The notes under the pieces were generated by a model. The model ran no database searches. It worked only from the letters and a program-made list of their open reading frames with translations, and was not told the origin of the DNA. This document shows positions 1-13,725 of a DNA stretch of 64,000 bases, piece by piece. Position 1 is the first letter of the stretch, and every line of letters starts with the position of its first letter. The position numbers were made by a program, and so were the translations under genes. Source of the DNA: Octopus sinensis (Eukaryota); NCBI RefSeq assembly GCF_006345805.1, contig NC_043001.1, positions 46,686,001 to 46,750,000 on the forward strand, read 5' to 3'.

Positions 1-33
1 GACACCTTAACCACTAAGCCACGCGCCTCCACA
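1..33 (-). mobile_element. 5' tRNA-like head of SINE family C (runs off the window edge)
   Basis: Reverse complement TGTGGAGGCGCGTGGCTTAGTGGTTAAGGTGTC contains a Pol III A-box and is near-identical to the head at 20655-20686. Confidence 0.75.
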
Positions 34-149
34 AAATTCTATATACGTACATAAAATTTCACTTAAAGGACACTTAACCCCAACATTGATAAAAGCAATA
101 AAAACAACAAGCATACAAAAACTACGACAGTAACACGGAAAATAGACAC

Positions 150-330
150 ACAACAAGGCAAATTAAGAACAAAGGTGGAAATCTGCATCCAATTAAAATG
201 TCAATAAGATGCAAACACAATAAACCGGACATTGTTGCGTAAGTTAAGAACAAAAAGAAACGAAAAACTAACAAAGAAAAAAACTAACAAATATACCAGT
301 GCAGTTTCCAATGGTCACAGGAAGTAAAGT
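150..330 (+). pseudogene. Degenerate REL-endonuclease fragment of an R4/Dong-like LINE
   Basis: Translates to IKMSIRCKHNKPDIVA*, which aligns with ETSIKCEHNTPDIMIW at 48637 (PD motif of the PD-(D/E)xK nuclease). Confidence 0.5.
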
Positions 331-607
331 TGTTCAGTTGACTTAATATATGTGCCCGAGTAAGAGAGAAAGAGAGGGGGAGAGAGAGCGAGAGGGAGAG
401 GAGAGAGAGAGAGAGAGAGAGAGAGTTAAACAACTATGTTATTTAAACAACATTGTGTCACTTGAACAACAATTGCGAAGACAGGGACTTTCAATTTAAG
501 GAAAAGATAAACAATTATTTATTTTTATTGTATGTATTTAGAAAAAGGGTCGACGCTGGATTTAAGACTCCAAGAGAATAGCCAATGGATCACAGTTATT
601 GATCGAA

Positions 608-933
608 AGTGTCTTCTACAATAGCCTCGGGCCGACCAAAACCTTGTGAGTGGATTTGGTAGACGGAAACTGAAAGAAGTCCGTCGCATATATGTATATG
701 TGTGTGTGTGTATGTTTGTGTGTCTGTGTTTGTCCCCCCAACATCGCTTGACAACCGATGCTGGTGTGTTTACGTCCCGTAACTTAGCGGTTCGGCAAAA
801 GAGACCGATAGAGTAAGTACTAGGCTTACAAAGAATAAGTCCTAGAGTCGATTTGCTCGACTAAAAGGCGGTGCTCCAGCATGGCCACAGTCAAATGACT
901 GAAACAAGTAAAAGAGTAAAGAGTAAGAGTAAC
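608..933 (+). mobile_element. SINE family A (CORE-like, OR2-like), 5'-truncated
   Basis: Matches the body and tail of the full copy at 37144-37560, with the internal TA/TG microsatellite and an AAAAGAGT-repeat tail. Confidence 0.85.
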
Positions 934-1531
934 TGCTGGTCTCTTTTGCTAAGCTACGGGGACGTAAACAAGGGAATAGAGTCGGTAAAATCTAGGCTAA
1001 ATTGAGGGGATGGTGCAAGGATTTTTATTCACACCCATAGCAACCCCAGATGCTAACCTTGAACCATAAAAAAACATTTTTCAGCTTATCGAACTTCGAT
1101 ATGAGAAAAGCCCACAACCTTTTATATCAATAAACTATTATTGCAAATAAATGTGTTAACATGTGACATTATTGACCGAGGTTACCGTGGTCTTTTCCGT
1201 AGGCTTGGCTTTCCTTTCCACGAATAAACCTTATCTGTTTCCCCCTTTACACTTTACATCATGACATTTCTGTGATACATGATCCCTATTGATCATTTTG
1301 TTTTGACGATCCCTTTTGATCGAAAACCTACCCCACATTTTTTTTCTCCCCAAAACGAAAAGCTCTACTTTGTAATTTGTCCCGTCTGTGTGCAGCCCTG
1401 TGTGGCTAATAAAGAAACATGTCAATAAACTATTATTGTTCCTGAAAGTTGTTTTTATAGCTACTGCAGACTGCTTGAAGATTACTAACTCCCTACACCT
1501 TGATTCTTGGATTTTACAATTACATATCATT

Positions 1532-1601
<70 letters not shown>

Positions 1602-1942
1602 GGTGTGTGTGTGTGTGTGTATGCCCAAGGTACAGCCCAGTAGGACTGATCCCGAGATCACATAGTTGAAAAGCGAGCTTCTTAACCATACAGTCATGCA
1701 TTCGTCTCTTGAGTTTTGTCTGAAAACTTATGCATATTAGAGAGAGTGAACAAACTCTCATAGCTTCTGACCCTAGTAGTCATTATATGTCGTAATTCTA
1801 CTTGGTGAACTAGTTGTTTGTCCAGTTGGCGATCTCCAACAACAGGAGCACTGTTCTATTTTCTTTTCCATCGATTCAAGAATTTTTTGTTTAGGCCCGT
1901 CTTATTTGGTGAGTATGGTTTCCATTATTACTGCGAAACTTA

Positions 1943-2140
1943 AGGCGGTGAGCTGGCAGAACCGCTAGCGCATCAAACAAAATGCCTAGTAGCATTTTTC
2001 CGTCCCTTTACATTCCACCAACGTCAACTTTGCCTTTCCTCCTTTTATGGGGTCGATAAAAGAAGTTCCATTTGAGCATTGGGTTGATGTAATCAGTTAT
2101 TTGCCTGCCTGTAAAATTCCTACATTTGTACCAAAATTTG
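1943..2140 (+). mobile_element. SINE family B (tRNA head plus Nin/Deu-like core)
   Basis: GGCGGTGAGCTGGCAGAA head followed by TTTGCCTTT..GGGGTCGATAAAA core, similar to 32992-33220. Confidence 0.75.
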
Positions 2141-2564
2141 AAACGATTTCCACCTGGTTTATGCATAAGATTGTTTTCAACATCCACTCTAAGCAATATG
2201 TAGTCTTAATCATTTCGTACATTGAGTGCTGTTTAGGTTCAGATTTCAGTCATTGAGCTACGGCCATGGATTTTTACTGTATTATATCGGTCCTAGTATT
2301 AGTTCGCCATTATTTTTGAAAGAGAGAAAGGTAATATGGTCATAGACGTAAGGGATAACTCAGTGGGGTATATCTATTTCAATTTACCGGTTTTCTCCCA
2401 CCCTGATATATACATATACACATATGCATACATACACATACATGCACACATATATACTTGCGCACATGAAGATTAAAAACATATCAATATTCTGTTTAAA
2501 TGTTTTAAGTGTCACTCCGCTTTAGTTCAATTTACAAACATACATACATACATACATACACACC

Positions 2565-2599
<35 letters not shown>

Positions 2600-3269
2600 G
2601 ATATATATAATATATATATATATATATACATCTACACATACAATATATGTATGTATGTGTACGTGCGTTTGCGCATGTGTATAAAATACTTATCTATATA
2701 TATATGTGTGTGGTGTATAAAATTATATGTATGTATGTTCTAAAGCAGACGTTTTGCACTTTTATTGAGCTCTCTACTAAGCATTTTGCACAAAATAAAT
2801 ATAATCGTTTTAATTGTGTTCATACAATTTTAAATTCCATTTTAATATTTTAATTTCGGTGATTAGAGCACTCTTATAAAGCAATTTACAATACACATCA
2901 AGCGTATATTACATCCTTGATGTTCCGGCTGTTTTAATATATCACCATTTCAATACGACAATGTATATGAAATTTAAAATTATCATACGACTCTTTCTGC
3001 TTTTCCGCTGATGAGGTATCACATATCCAGATATTTCTATGAACATTTGACTGCTAGAAACAAGATCGTATTCGGAGAAGATATAGGGTATATATTATGT
3101 ATTTATTTCAATTATCTCGTTTGTTGGTTATTTTCATGGCTCCCTTCGTTTCAGCCGTATAATATATATATATATATATATATAATATATAATATATTAT
3201 ATATATATATGTGTGTGTATGTGTATGTGGTGTGTGTGTGTGGTGTGTGTGTGTGTGTGTGTGTAAAAA

Positions 3270-3665
3270 TTTATATAAATAACCGTACTTTCGACAACTT
3301 CAGTCACATTAAGGGCGATAAATTTTTTCCTTATGTATTATATTGCGCCTAGCTGTTTCTATACTTTTTTTAATATACACGGTAGCATTTCGCTACACCA
3401 GCCGTAAATTTTTATGGTAAATATATATATACTGACAGATCGAGTTAGCCAAACTAGCTAGCGATTGAGTAGTCGCTTCTGACGATCCTACGACTGAGGG
3501 GCGAAACTACTCTAGTGCAGTGATCTTAGAGTCGCTCATGGCGACAGTTATCTCCCCTGTCGCTGTATATATATTGTGCGCTTCATACAGTATCAAAATT
3601 CTACCTCTTGCTTTACTTCTGCAATATAGGTGCTTCGGCACACTCAGTCACAATTAGTGACGATA
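3270..3665 (+). mobile_element. Penelope-like terminal-repeat remnant with a hammerhead-like motif
   Basis: Unique island between (TA)n tracts containing CTGACGA-stem-GAAAC at 3479-3507. Confidence 0.4.
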
Positions 3666-3727
3666 TAATATATATATATTATATATATATATATATATTA
3701 TATCTATATATATATATTATATATATA

Positions 3728-4025
3728 TAATATAAATTAGAGAAAAAAACACTATTATGCAATTCAAACAATGATAGAATAACCAAATAATAAAATAAAT
3801 AAAAATTTTTTATAAAACATAAACTAGATCACAAAAAGTATAAAAATGAATAATCAATATATAATATATAATACTTATTATATATTGATTATTCATTTTT
3901 ATACTTTTTGTGATCTAGTTATATGCTTTATAAAAATATATTTTATTTTTTATTTATTATTTGGTTTATGTCTATCATTGTTTGAATTGCATAATAGTGT
4001 GTTTTTTTTCTAATTTATATTTTAT
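3728..4025. repeat. About 300-bp AT-rich fold-back palindrome
   Basis: The left arm (..CACTATTATGCAATTCAAACAATGATAGA..CTAGATCACAAAAAGTATAAAAATGAATAATCAATAT) is the reverse complement of the right arm. The centre is near 3870. Confidence 0.9.
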
Positions 4026-4955
4026 ATAATTATATTGTGAAATTTGATTTAATACTAAATTGAATTTTTTACTGTAAGTTTAGAGTTATACTCCCTAATA
4101 TTATCATTATTATATATATATAATATATAGTCATGATGTGGATATTTAAACATCTTATAGGGATATTTTTATCCCAGACACGCTGGTTTAATATATTGTA
4201 TTTTGAAAAGATATTTCTTCAATGAATATATTATATAAACTATCGTAACATATCAAATACTATTATCGAGTTTGAAAACAGAGAGATCTTGGATGGAAAA
4301 TCAACAGGGTTCTTTGGTGCATCCTGATGATTTTCCATCCAAGGTATTTTAAAATACAAAATAATATGTTCATATATGTTTTGTAGTTTTAATTTTGGTT
4401 GAGAAATGAAAGAATTGAAAAATGAATAGGTTAATTAATAAATTAATTTCTATCCAATAGATCTCTCTGCTTTCAAACTCGGTAATGTATGTATGTATGT
4501 ATGTATGTATGTATGTATGTATGTATGTATGTATGTATGTATGTATGTATGTATGTATGTATGTTTGTATGTATGTATGTATCTATGCATATATTATGTA
4601 TGTATGTATATGTATATGTGTCTGTATATATAGCTATGTGTGTGTGTATATATATATAAATACATATACATGCATGTTTACATACATATTACCTATAAAC
4701 ACATATAGGCTCATACGTGCGCGCACTCACACTATATACCCACACACGCGCGCAAACGCGCAGTCATATATTTCTATACAAATAAACCAATATGAAAGTG
4801 AGCGCATATGAATGAGTTTTTCTGTGGGTGTGTAAATATAATTATGTGTGTATGTATGTACGTATGTTTGCATGTGTGTTTGTATGTCTGTTTGATTGCA
4901 CTATTTCTGCGTGCGTGTGTCTGTATACACTCGCATAAATATGTGCAAACAAACT

Positions 4956-4996
<41 letters not shown>

Positions 4997-5639
4997 TATA
5001 TAATATATATTATATATATGTGTGTATACGATGTTGCTTTGCACTGTTGTGCATATATGTCTCCTTGCACTATTATATGCGCGTATTTCTACAGATTATT
5101 GTGAGCTTATGTATGCTTCTTTATTGGCATTAGTATGCATATATGTACGTAAACCAGTATGTATATATGCATGTATATACGACTGTTTTCACTATCTGCG
5201 CCCGTTTTTATAATCAAATGTACTCGCTAATGCGATTCAGTGTGTGTGTTGGAGTATCTGTAGAAATGTATGTGTATCTGTGCATGAATGTATATATGTA
5301 AAAGTGCTTGTATGCGTTTAGCGTGTGTGTACACATGTAAGTACTTATCACAAGAACATACGGTGAACGAGTGCAAATATTTCATGCATATACTCACACA
5401 CACATATACACACATGCAAATAGAGGATAGTCATGGAACTCCACGTATACTCACACAAAATATATACACAAACACGTACTTGCATACATACGTATACGCA
5501 TACATGTACGCACATGCACACGCACAGATACACGGATGCATGTATACATCAGCATATTCTTGTTTCCATTTGACCATTTCGGTAAAGTGTCTTACTTTAC
5601 TTCCGGTGCAGTAACTCACGCAAGCTGCACTCCACACAT

Positions 5640-6553
5640 CTCCCCTACTGCCACCATCATCGCCGCTCTACAACAACAACAACACAACAACAACAACAAC
5701 AATCACTGTTCTCGCCTTCGCCACAAAGTTCCATCACCAACACCAAACCATTGCCAAGGCATTTTAATGTCACCCTACCATCTTTAAGACGGCAACCATC
5801 ATTATCCCATCACAACGGTGACAACAACAACGAAGGAGACGACGACGACGTCGACCAGCACCACCACCACCACCACCACCATCACAACCACCACCACCAC
5901 CACCACCACCACCACCACCACCACCGCTGCAATCAACGTTATAAGCATCGCCGCCACCATAATAACAACAACAACAACATGACGACAGCAAGCATCATTA
6001 CCACCATCGTCACCACAACAGCAATAATAACAATAAATGTTATTGCCACCAACTTATACAACCACCGTCTCGACAACAGCGTCGAGACGACAAGCAAGGA
6101 ATGTCATCACCACTAACACCACCACTACCACAGCAGTGGCACCAAGAAGGAGGAGGAGGAGGAGGAAGAGGAAGAGAAGGAGAGCAGGAGAGGCAGGTGG
6201 AGAAGAAGAACAACAACAGCAGCAGCTGCAGGTGGAGCAGCAGCAGCAGCAGCAGCAACGACCACAGCAAGCCACGTTGACATAACCAATTCCACTAGAG
6301 CCATAATTACCATCACTACTCCTGCCACCAATACCACCATTGCCAGACCAACGCCACCATCACCATCATCTTGAACAATAACACACTTACAACAACAACA
6401 ACAACAACAACAAACTACTACTAACTACTACTTACTACGACCACTACTACTACTACGAATATCTAATATAATAATATAAGAGAAAGAAGAAGAAGAAAAG
6501 AAGAATAGAAGAAGAAGAAAAATGATAAAAAAACAACAAACAGCCAAATAATA

Positions 6554-6606
<53 letters not shown>

Positions 6607-6610
6607 GCTA
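5640..6610. repeat. Compound trinucleotide microsatellite tract (CAA, CAC, GAG, CAG, CTA, AAT)
   Basis: Directly visible. It generates the poly-H/Q/R pseudo-ORFs. Confidence 0.9.
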
Positions 6611-6619
6611 GATTATAAC

Positions 6620-7790
6620 TCAAATTACATTTTCACAAGAAATTTGTACATATGAAGAACTTGCGAGAGCTACCGATAAATTTCAACAACATCGAAACAA
6701 CGTTTTAATTAATCTCAGCTTTAACTATAAAGGCAATAATTTAATTGCCATTTCTGTGAAGATGTAAGTTTCTACAGTCTATTAAAAAAAGAAACAAAAA
6801 AAACATGGAAAAACCAATAAAAAGTTAATTATTTTATGGCCTGCATCAAAGGTGGAACAATACCAGAATGCTACATATCTTGGTGCGCTATTAAATTGTA
6901 GTTTCATATTCAGGAAACGCTTATATAATCTAAGGATCAAAACGATCTCATAGAATAATATTGTACAAAAACTAACAGCTTCCCAATATAGTGAAAGTTC
7001 TCAAATATTCTATATAACCGTATCGGTTCTGTACTACTATCCTGCAAATTATACATCCATACTATATCTGGATATCATTCTCTACAAGACATGCTGATAT
7101 ATAGCTAGTTGTCTTTGATATTGGTTTCAAATTTTGGCACAATGCCATCTGTTTTAGAGGAGGAAGAAGTCGATTACATTGGTACCAATTCTCAGTTGGT
7201 ACTTATTTTATCGACTTCGAAAGGATGAAAGGGAAAGTTGACCTCGGCTGAATTTGAACTCGGAACGTTAAAACAGTCGAAAAGCTGCTAAGCATTTAGC
7301 CCAGCATGCTAACGATATTTGGTCTTTAATATTAATAATATTTATCTGGGGATAGCATTGAGCCACCGGATATTAGAAAGGATGTTGCCAGCAAAGCTGA
7401 AAAACAGAGGCAGATATTCAATAAAAAATATCTATTATATGAATAACAACAAGTGCAAAAAATATCAACATCGAGAAAAAGTGCCATAATATCCATCTTT
7501 ATTTGTAGGCGTTTGTAAAAAAAATCTTTTGAAAGACAGACTGGTAAACATTCCGCTAATTCTAGATATGAAAATGGAACCAGCAGAATTATTCAAATGT
7601 TTCGGAGTCGATATGAAACAGATGAAAACATTATAATCGAATCTGCTGCCATTTGGATCTATCTAGAAGCACTGAAGAGAAATAGGGAGATAATGTGGAG
7701 TCAATTTCTGCGACTGTTGAGGTGTGCAGGTCATGTGTGGCACCTAATGGTTTACCCACTTTTGGATTCCCTTAAATGCTTTGAAGAAAT
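6620..7790 (+). pseudogene. Highly degenerate Ingi/Vingi-like LINE, 3' part, interrupted by a SINE
   Basis: Residual peptides appear in the expected order: ATYLGALLN (thumb), KTIS*NNIVQKLT, IEPPDIRKDVA, and a CDC..Q..WHL zinc-finger remnant near 7710-7750. Confidence 0.55.
7120..7316 (-). mobile_element. SINE family B
   Basis: GGTACTTATTTTATCGAC..GAAAGGATGAAAGG..GAATTTGAACTCGGAACG is the reverse complement of the family B core and B-box. Confidence 0.8.
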
Positions 7791-7801
7791 AACAAAAGAC
7801 A

Positions 7802-7914
<113 letters not shown>

Positions 7915-7991
7915 TGGTGGTGGTGGTGGTGGTGGTGGTGGTGGTGATGATGATGATGATCGACAGAACAACAAATTGGTACGAAGAAGAG

Positions 7992-8540
7992 TGCAGTACC
8001 AGGCAGTGGCTCTCATGGCTTCTGATCTTAACTGATTGGAAGTATTATCATGTACATTGTTTTGTCTTGGTATAAAAGATAGGCTACAGCAAATATTCTG
8101 CTCAATACCTGAGACATGTTTGTCAGTTGTTTGACCTTAACCAGTTGAACATGTCCTTTAGTGGCTAACGATATGTGCATCTCTTATCATGAGAAGAAGT
8201 AGTGGGGGGGGGGCATCATAGTCATGTTTTGAGATGAATTCTGTGGGGTTTGGATAATTCACCTCTGGAAACATGGGTATTTCGTTCAACATCCTTAAAC
8301 AACCCTTATTCAGGGACCTTTTGAGCAGGATGGATTACTTGACCTGAAGAAAATTCTAACTGGGCCCCACCTGCAAGGTCATGCGCTGTTTATCTTGATA
8401 TGAGATCACCATGTCGCGCACATATGGTTGTGATGCATGTGCCTGGTGTACCATCATCAGACGGGTAGTCATGATGGGTATAGTGGGCTTCATATATTTT
8501 GCTCCTGTGTCACCTTTGATGGCATGCATTGCTCTCTCAC
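7992..8540 (+). mobile_element. Family D: about 550-bp non-coding element with an (AAT)n tail (LINE 3'UTR-like or non-autonomous)
   Basis: Colinear with 57419-57965. Ends CTCTCTCAC followed by (AAT)n. Confidence 0.8.
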
Positions 8541-9257
8541 ATAATAATAATAATAATATTCATCTGCATACGGAATATGTTGACTGTCATGAAAGTTCGC
8601 ACTCCCTTAACATTGTGATCAAATACATTTGGCATGTAATTTCTGGAATAAGACTCCAGCCACATAAGTCTTATTCGCTAAAAACTAATTCAAAAATCAC
8701 TAATTCTGTCACGACAACCGAAGAACGCCACAGCATTTCGTAAATACATTAGAAGATTGAGGGATAAAAAAGATACCAAATATATTATTAAGAGGATCAA
8801 GCCACTTTAATATCCGTCATGCAAAGAAACTTCACATCGTTTGCTACATTTCAATCATCAATGGAAAAAAAAAAAGAAAAAGACATCACTACATATTTCA
8901 CAATCTTCCGACCTCTGCCCAAGATCCTCCTGATGAATAGCATTTTACGTTCAGCGACGACATGACCATTTACTGAAAATGCAATTTCAACCATCCAGCC
9001 AAAATATGACATTTCTGAAATACCTTGGTGACAGGCACGGTCGACAATGTTGATTATACGAAAGTCTTAAGTCTTGTTTAGCTTACACTTAACACACACC
9101 CACAACGTGCGCGTCTGTAAATATATGCGCATATTTATATATGAATATATATTTACATGTATATGTGTATATAGGTATACATACATATATATATGTGGTG
9201 TGCTTACGTATATATATATATATATATAATATATATGTATGTATGTATGTATTTATG

Positions 9258-9329
<72 letters not shown>

Positions 9330-9374
9330 GTTATCTCACACTGTCTGTCTGTCTCTCTCTCTACACACACACAC

Positions 9375-9409
<35 letters not shown>

Positions 9410-9535
9410 GTGTATATATGTATTATATGTGAGTGTATGTATGTAATATGTGTATGTATATATTTATATATATATATATATATATTTCTATTTATTATAT
9501 ATATATATATATATAATAATATATACACATATATA

Positions 9536-9579
<44 letters not shown>

Positions 9580-9639
9580 CATATATACATATACATAATA
9601 CATACATATATATGTGTGGTGTGTGTGTGTGTGTTTATG

Positions 9640-10180
9640 TGACCTGACAGGTCACTTTCGAGTGTTACTGGTAACATGTAACCCAGTACAACCTGTTGCA
9701 TGGTTAGGTCGTCGGTGACTAAACCGGCAACCCCACCAAGCTTGCTTGGACACCCTGCGGGATGAAAAACAAAACCCGTCAAAGGGCAGAGGAACTCTTG
9801 AGAGTCAACGGCCATCCAATAAATGTCTTAAGGCTGTATCATGCGCGGGGACATAGAAATAATCGGACTGAATACCCGATCGCGCGGTTAAAAACCTCTG
9901 GGAGTGAAGGACTCCTATCTCTGTTAGGGCATCCTTCTAGGGGAAGGTAAACTCAAAGTAACTGATAACTCCGACATAAAACCTGCGGCTCAATGGTTAC
10001 CGATGATATTGACTGTTCTTCTTTTCGGATTATGGCTGCTGTTGCTTAGTGAGTGGGATCGACTCAGTGCACAGCCTTTCCTCACTTTAAAAAAATCTCC
10101 TTGCACAGGCATTGCACGATAACAACATTGATTAAGCTTTCGTACAATGGCCATACTCCGGTAACGAGGGGCGGCCACCA
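9640..10180 (+). mobile_element. Probable RTE-type 5'UTR-like or non-autonomous retroelement inserted in a microsatellite
   Basis: GC-balanced island between (TG)/(TA) tracts. GGGCATCCTTCTAGGGGAAGGTAAACTC resembles the motif recalled from RTE 5' regions. It starts with the palindrome GTGACCTGACAGGTCAC. Confidence 0.4.
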
Positions 10181-10286
10181 TATATATTTACACACACACA
10201 CACACATACATATATAATATATATATATATATATTATATATATATATATATATTATATATATATATCTATCTATATATATATATAT

Positions 10287-10318
<32 letters not shown>

Positions 10319-10321
10319 GGC

Positions 10322-10361
<40 letters not shown>

Positions 10362-10363
<2 letters not shown>

Positions 10364-10553
10364 CATATTTTAACGTGTATAAATAACCCTCGTGTATAAG
10401 GAATCCACTAATTTTGGGAGCTTAAAATTCAGAAAAAGGTTTTGTAAGGGACTAAAATACTATCCGTGTGTAAGAAATTCCCATATTTTTTAAACCTAAT
10501 TTTTGACAAAAAAAAGAGTGGTGGGGGGTCCTTATGCACATTAAAATACGGTA
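10362..10553. mobile_element. Tc1/mariner-superfamily MITE (Tc2/pogo-like ends)
   Basis: Termini CCATATTTTAACGTGTATAA and TTATGCACATTAAAATACGG-TA are imperfect inverted repeats in a TA context. Confidence 0.65.
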
Positions 10554-10773
10554 TGTATATATATTACTCAAAGAAATTTCAACTTTGATTTTCGCGTTTT
10601 ATTTACAATTTTGTAATAATATAATAAAAGATAATATAATATAATATAATGAAATGATTGAATATTAAATGTTCATTCTGATTTAACAAGTACTTTCATG
10701 CATTAAACTATGCAGTCCATGTAGTAGTGGTGACAGTTATGTTTTACAATTTACAACTGTAAATGTATATCTC

Positions 10774-11025
10774 CAGGGTGCGGTGAATAAACCGTCATCT
10801 AAATAACGTGAAAATGAAAATAGCGCTGACATCGCATTTTAAAAGATATATTTATCAAAATTGCATTAAAATATCATCAAATAGTAAAGAGTACAGTTAT
10901 TCAATAAAATTGCCATTCGCTTCAACCACGGTCTCCATACGACTTCGGAATCTCCTGCAACTCTTCTGGACGGTCTCCTTGTTTAAGTTGGTGAATGCTA
11001 CCATAATCCTTGCCTTGATAAGATT
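10774..11025 (-). mobile_element. Tc1/mariner transposase C-terminus plus terminal repeat
   Basis: Minus strand reads [39 protein letters not shown], a typical Tc1/mariner C-terminal helix. A CAGGGTG end is present at 10774. Confidence 0.75.
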
Positions 11026-11117
11026 GGCCGTATATGCGCTTATATACATACATACATACATACATACATACATAATACATACATACATATAACATATATA
11101 TAATCTATTATATATAT

Positions 11118-11732
<615 letters not shown>

Positions 11733-11742
11733 TATATATATA

Positions 11743-11780
<38 letters not shown>

Positions 11781-11801
11781 TATACATACATATATATATC
11801 T

Positions 11802-11958
11802 AAGAAGAAAATGAAGCGAAAATAACAGGGAAAAGTTTGTCGTTTGCGCTAGTAAGCCATTAATTTAATTAATTAAGAAAAGTTAAAAGTAATTAAATTA
11901 ATGGCTTGCTAGCGCAAACGACCAACTTCTTCCTGTCATTTTCCCTCCATTTTCTTCT
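11802..11958. repeat. Fold-back inverted repeat, arms about 69 bp
   Basis: 11802-11870 (..GTCGTTTGCGCTAGTAAGCCATTAATTTAATTA) pairs with 11890-11958 (TAATTAAATTAATGGCTTGCTAGCGCAAACGAC..). Confidence 0.9.
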
Positions 11959-12105
11959 TGCATATAATTTAAACTACGCTTTACCCGCTGAATTACCCAC
12001 TACCGTATACCTTTTACCAAGGATTGTACCTACGCAGGTGATCACCAGAGCGCCTTTGGATTTAACACCCCTTAGATGTTTTAAACACCTCTAACTTATA
12101 CCTAC

Positions 12106-12138
<33 letters not shown>

Positions 12139-12186
12139 TATTTATATATATATATATACATAAACATATATATATATATGTATATG

Positions 12187-12223
<37 letters not shown>

Positions 12224-12499
12224 CATAAATATATATATGTATAGGCACATGCGCGCTCGTGTGTGTGTGTTTACATATACATACGTAGATGTATTGACAC
12301 AAAGACGCGTTCATTTATGCACTTATTTAATCTAAAGCCAGGTACAATCGTACTGAAAATAAAAACTTACTCAAGGTAGCTGTCAATTCAGCCATACCTC
12401 AACTCCAAACCTTCCTCTCCACACTTCCACTCCACTCTTCCTCTAATCAATCATTGTCCATTGTCCAGGGCCATTACTGAGACAAAGAGAGTGCATTTA

Positions 12500-12575
12500 G
12501 GGAAATTCACCACCATGTTCACCATCACGACAGCGAGAACAACAACAACAACAACAACTGCTGCTGCTGCTGCTG

Positions 12576-12607
<32 letters not shown>

Positions 12608-13430
12608 GACAGCCACCACTACCACAACCAACAACAACACCAACAAGACGACAAAGATCGTCACCCTGCCCACACCATCGCCGCCACCAATAACAAGAAG
12701 CTGACAAACACCATCACCGTCTCCACCATTATCCTCACAGCCATCCTCAACAACAAGACAACCACCACCACCACCACCACCACCACTACCGACGCCGCCG
12801 CTACCACAATCACCATCACCACCATTCTATTCTCATCAAGAAGACGATTAACTCTACGACCACCACAACCGCCATCATAAAAAGCGAAAAATACCACCAC
12901 CACCGGCACCACTACCACCATCACCATTCTATACTCATCAACTCCACGATAACCGCCACCACCGTCTTTATCCCTACCACCCTTATCCCCACTACCATCA
13001 TTATCATCAAACTCCGTTATTACCATCATCTTGCAGAAGGCGACAAATACCATGACTACCATTATCAACGAAGATGTCAAGCACCGTCAGCAGAGTCATT
13101 GGAGACAACAAACGCCATTACCACCGTCAAGACAACAATCGCCATCATCATCGTCATTATCATCATCATCGTCGTTGTCATCGCCGCCGCCGTCGTCGCC
13201 GTCGCCGTCATCATCATCATCGTAGTCGTCGTCATCATCGTCATCGTCATTGTCGTCATCGTCGTCGTCGTCGTCATCATCATCATCATCATCATCACCA
13301 TCATTACCATCATCACCATCATCATCATCATCACTACCACCATCATCAAGATAAACACTACCATCATCATCATCCTCAACACCAAAATGTCGAATGCCAT
13401 CACCATCACCAGCACCATCATCATCATTAT
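12500..13430. repeat. Compound trinucleotide tract (ACA, GCT, ACT, ACC, CAT, CGT)
   Basis: Directly visible. Confidence 0.9.
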
Positions 13431-13725
13431 CGGCCACAACGCCAAGCCAACGAAAGAGGCTGTCGAGTATCTTATACACTCTGGAAGCAGGAAAAAGGTG
13501 CTTAATATAGGGGGGAATGATAGAAAGGGCATGATTGGAATTCCGTTTGATTGGAAGTCAGTTCGATGAGGGGTGAACTGAGTTACTCGACTTGCTAACA
13601 ATAACAACCAAATTCCCTCAAAATGACACGTCGCTATTTTAAAAAAAGGACACGGTGTTGTCTTTTTCGTTTTTAAAGAAATAGCACTGCTAGAATCATC
13701 TTGAAATTGAAGGGATATATTAGAT

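Noticed and set aside
5751-6340. Poly-His/Gln/Arg ORFs as a transcription-factor exon
   Set aside because: Frames are open on both strands because of trinucleotide repeats, and there is no adjacent folded domain.
8600-9060. LINE reverse-transcriptase remnant (FTFSDDMT resembling YADD)
   Set aside because: Only isolated motif-like words, not in a convincing order.
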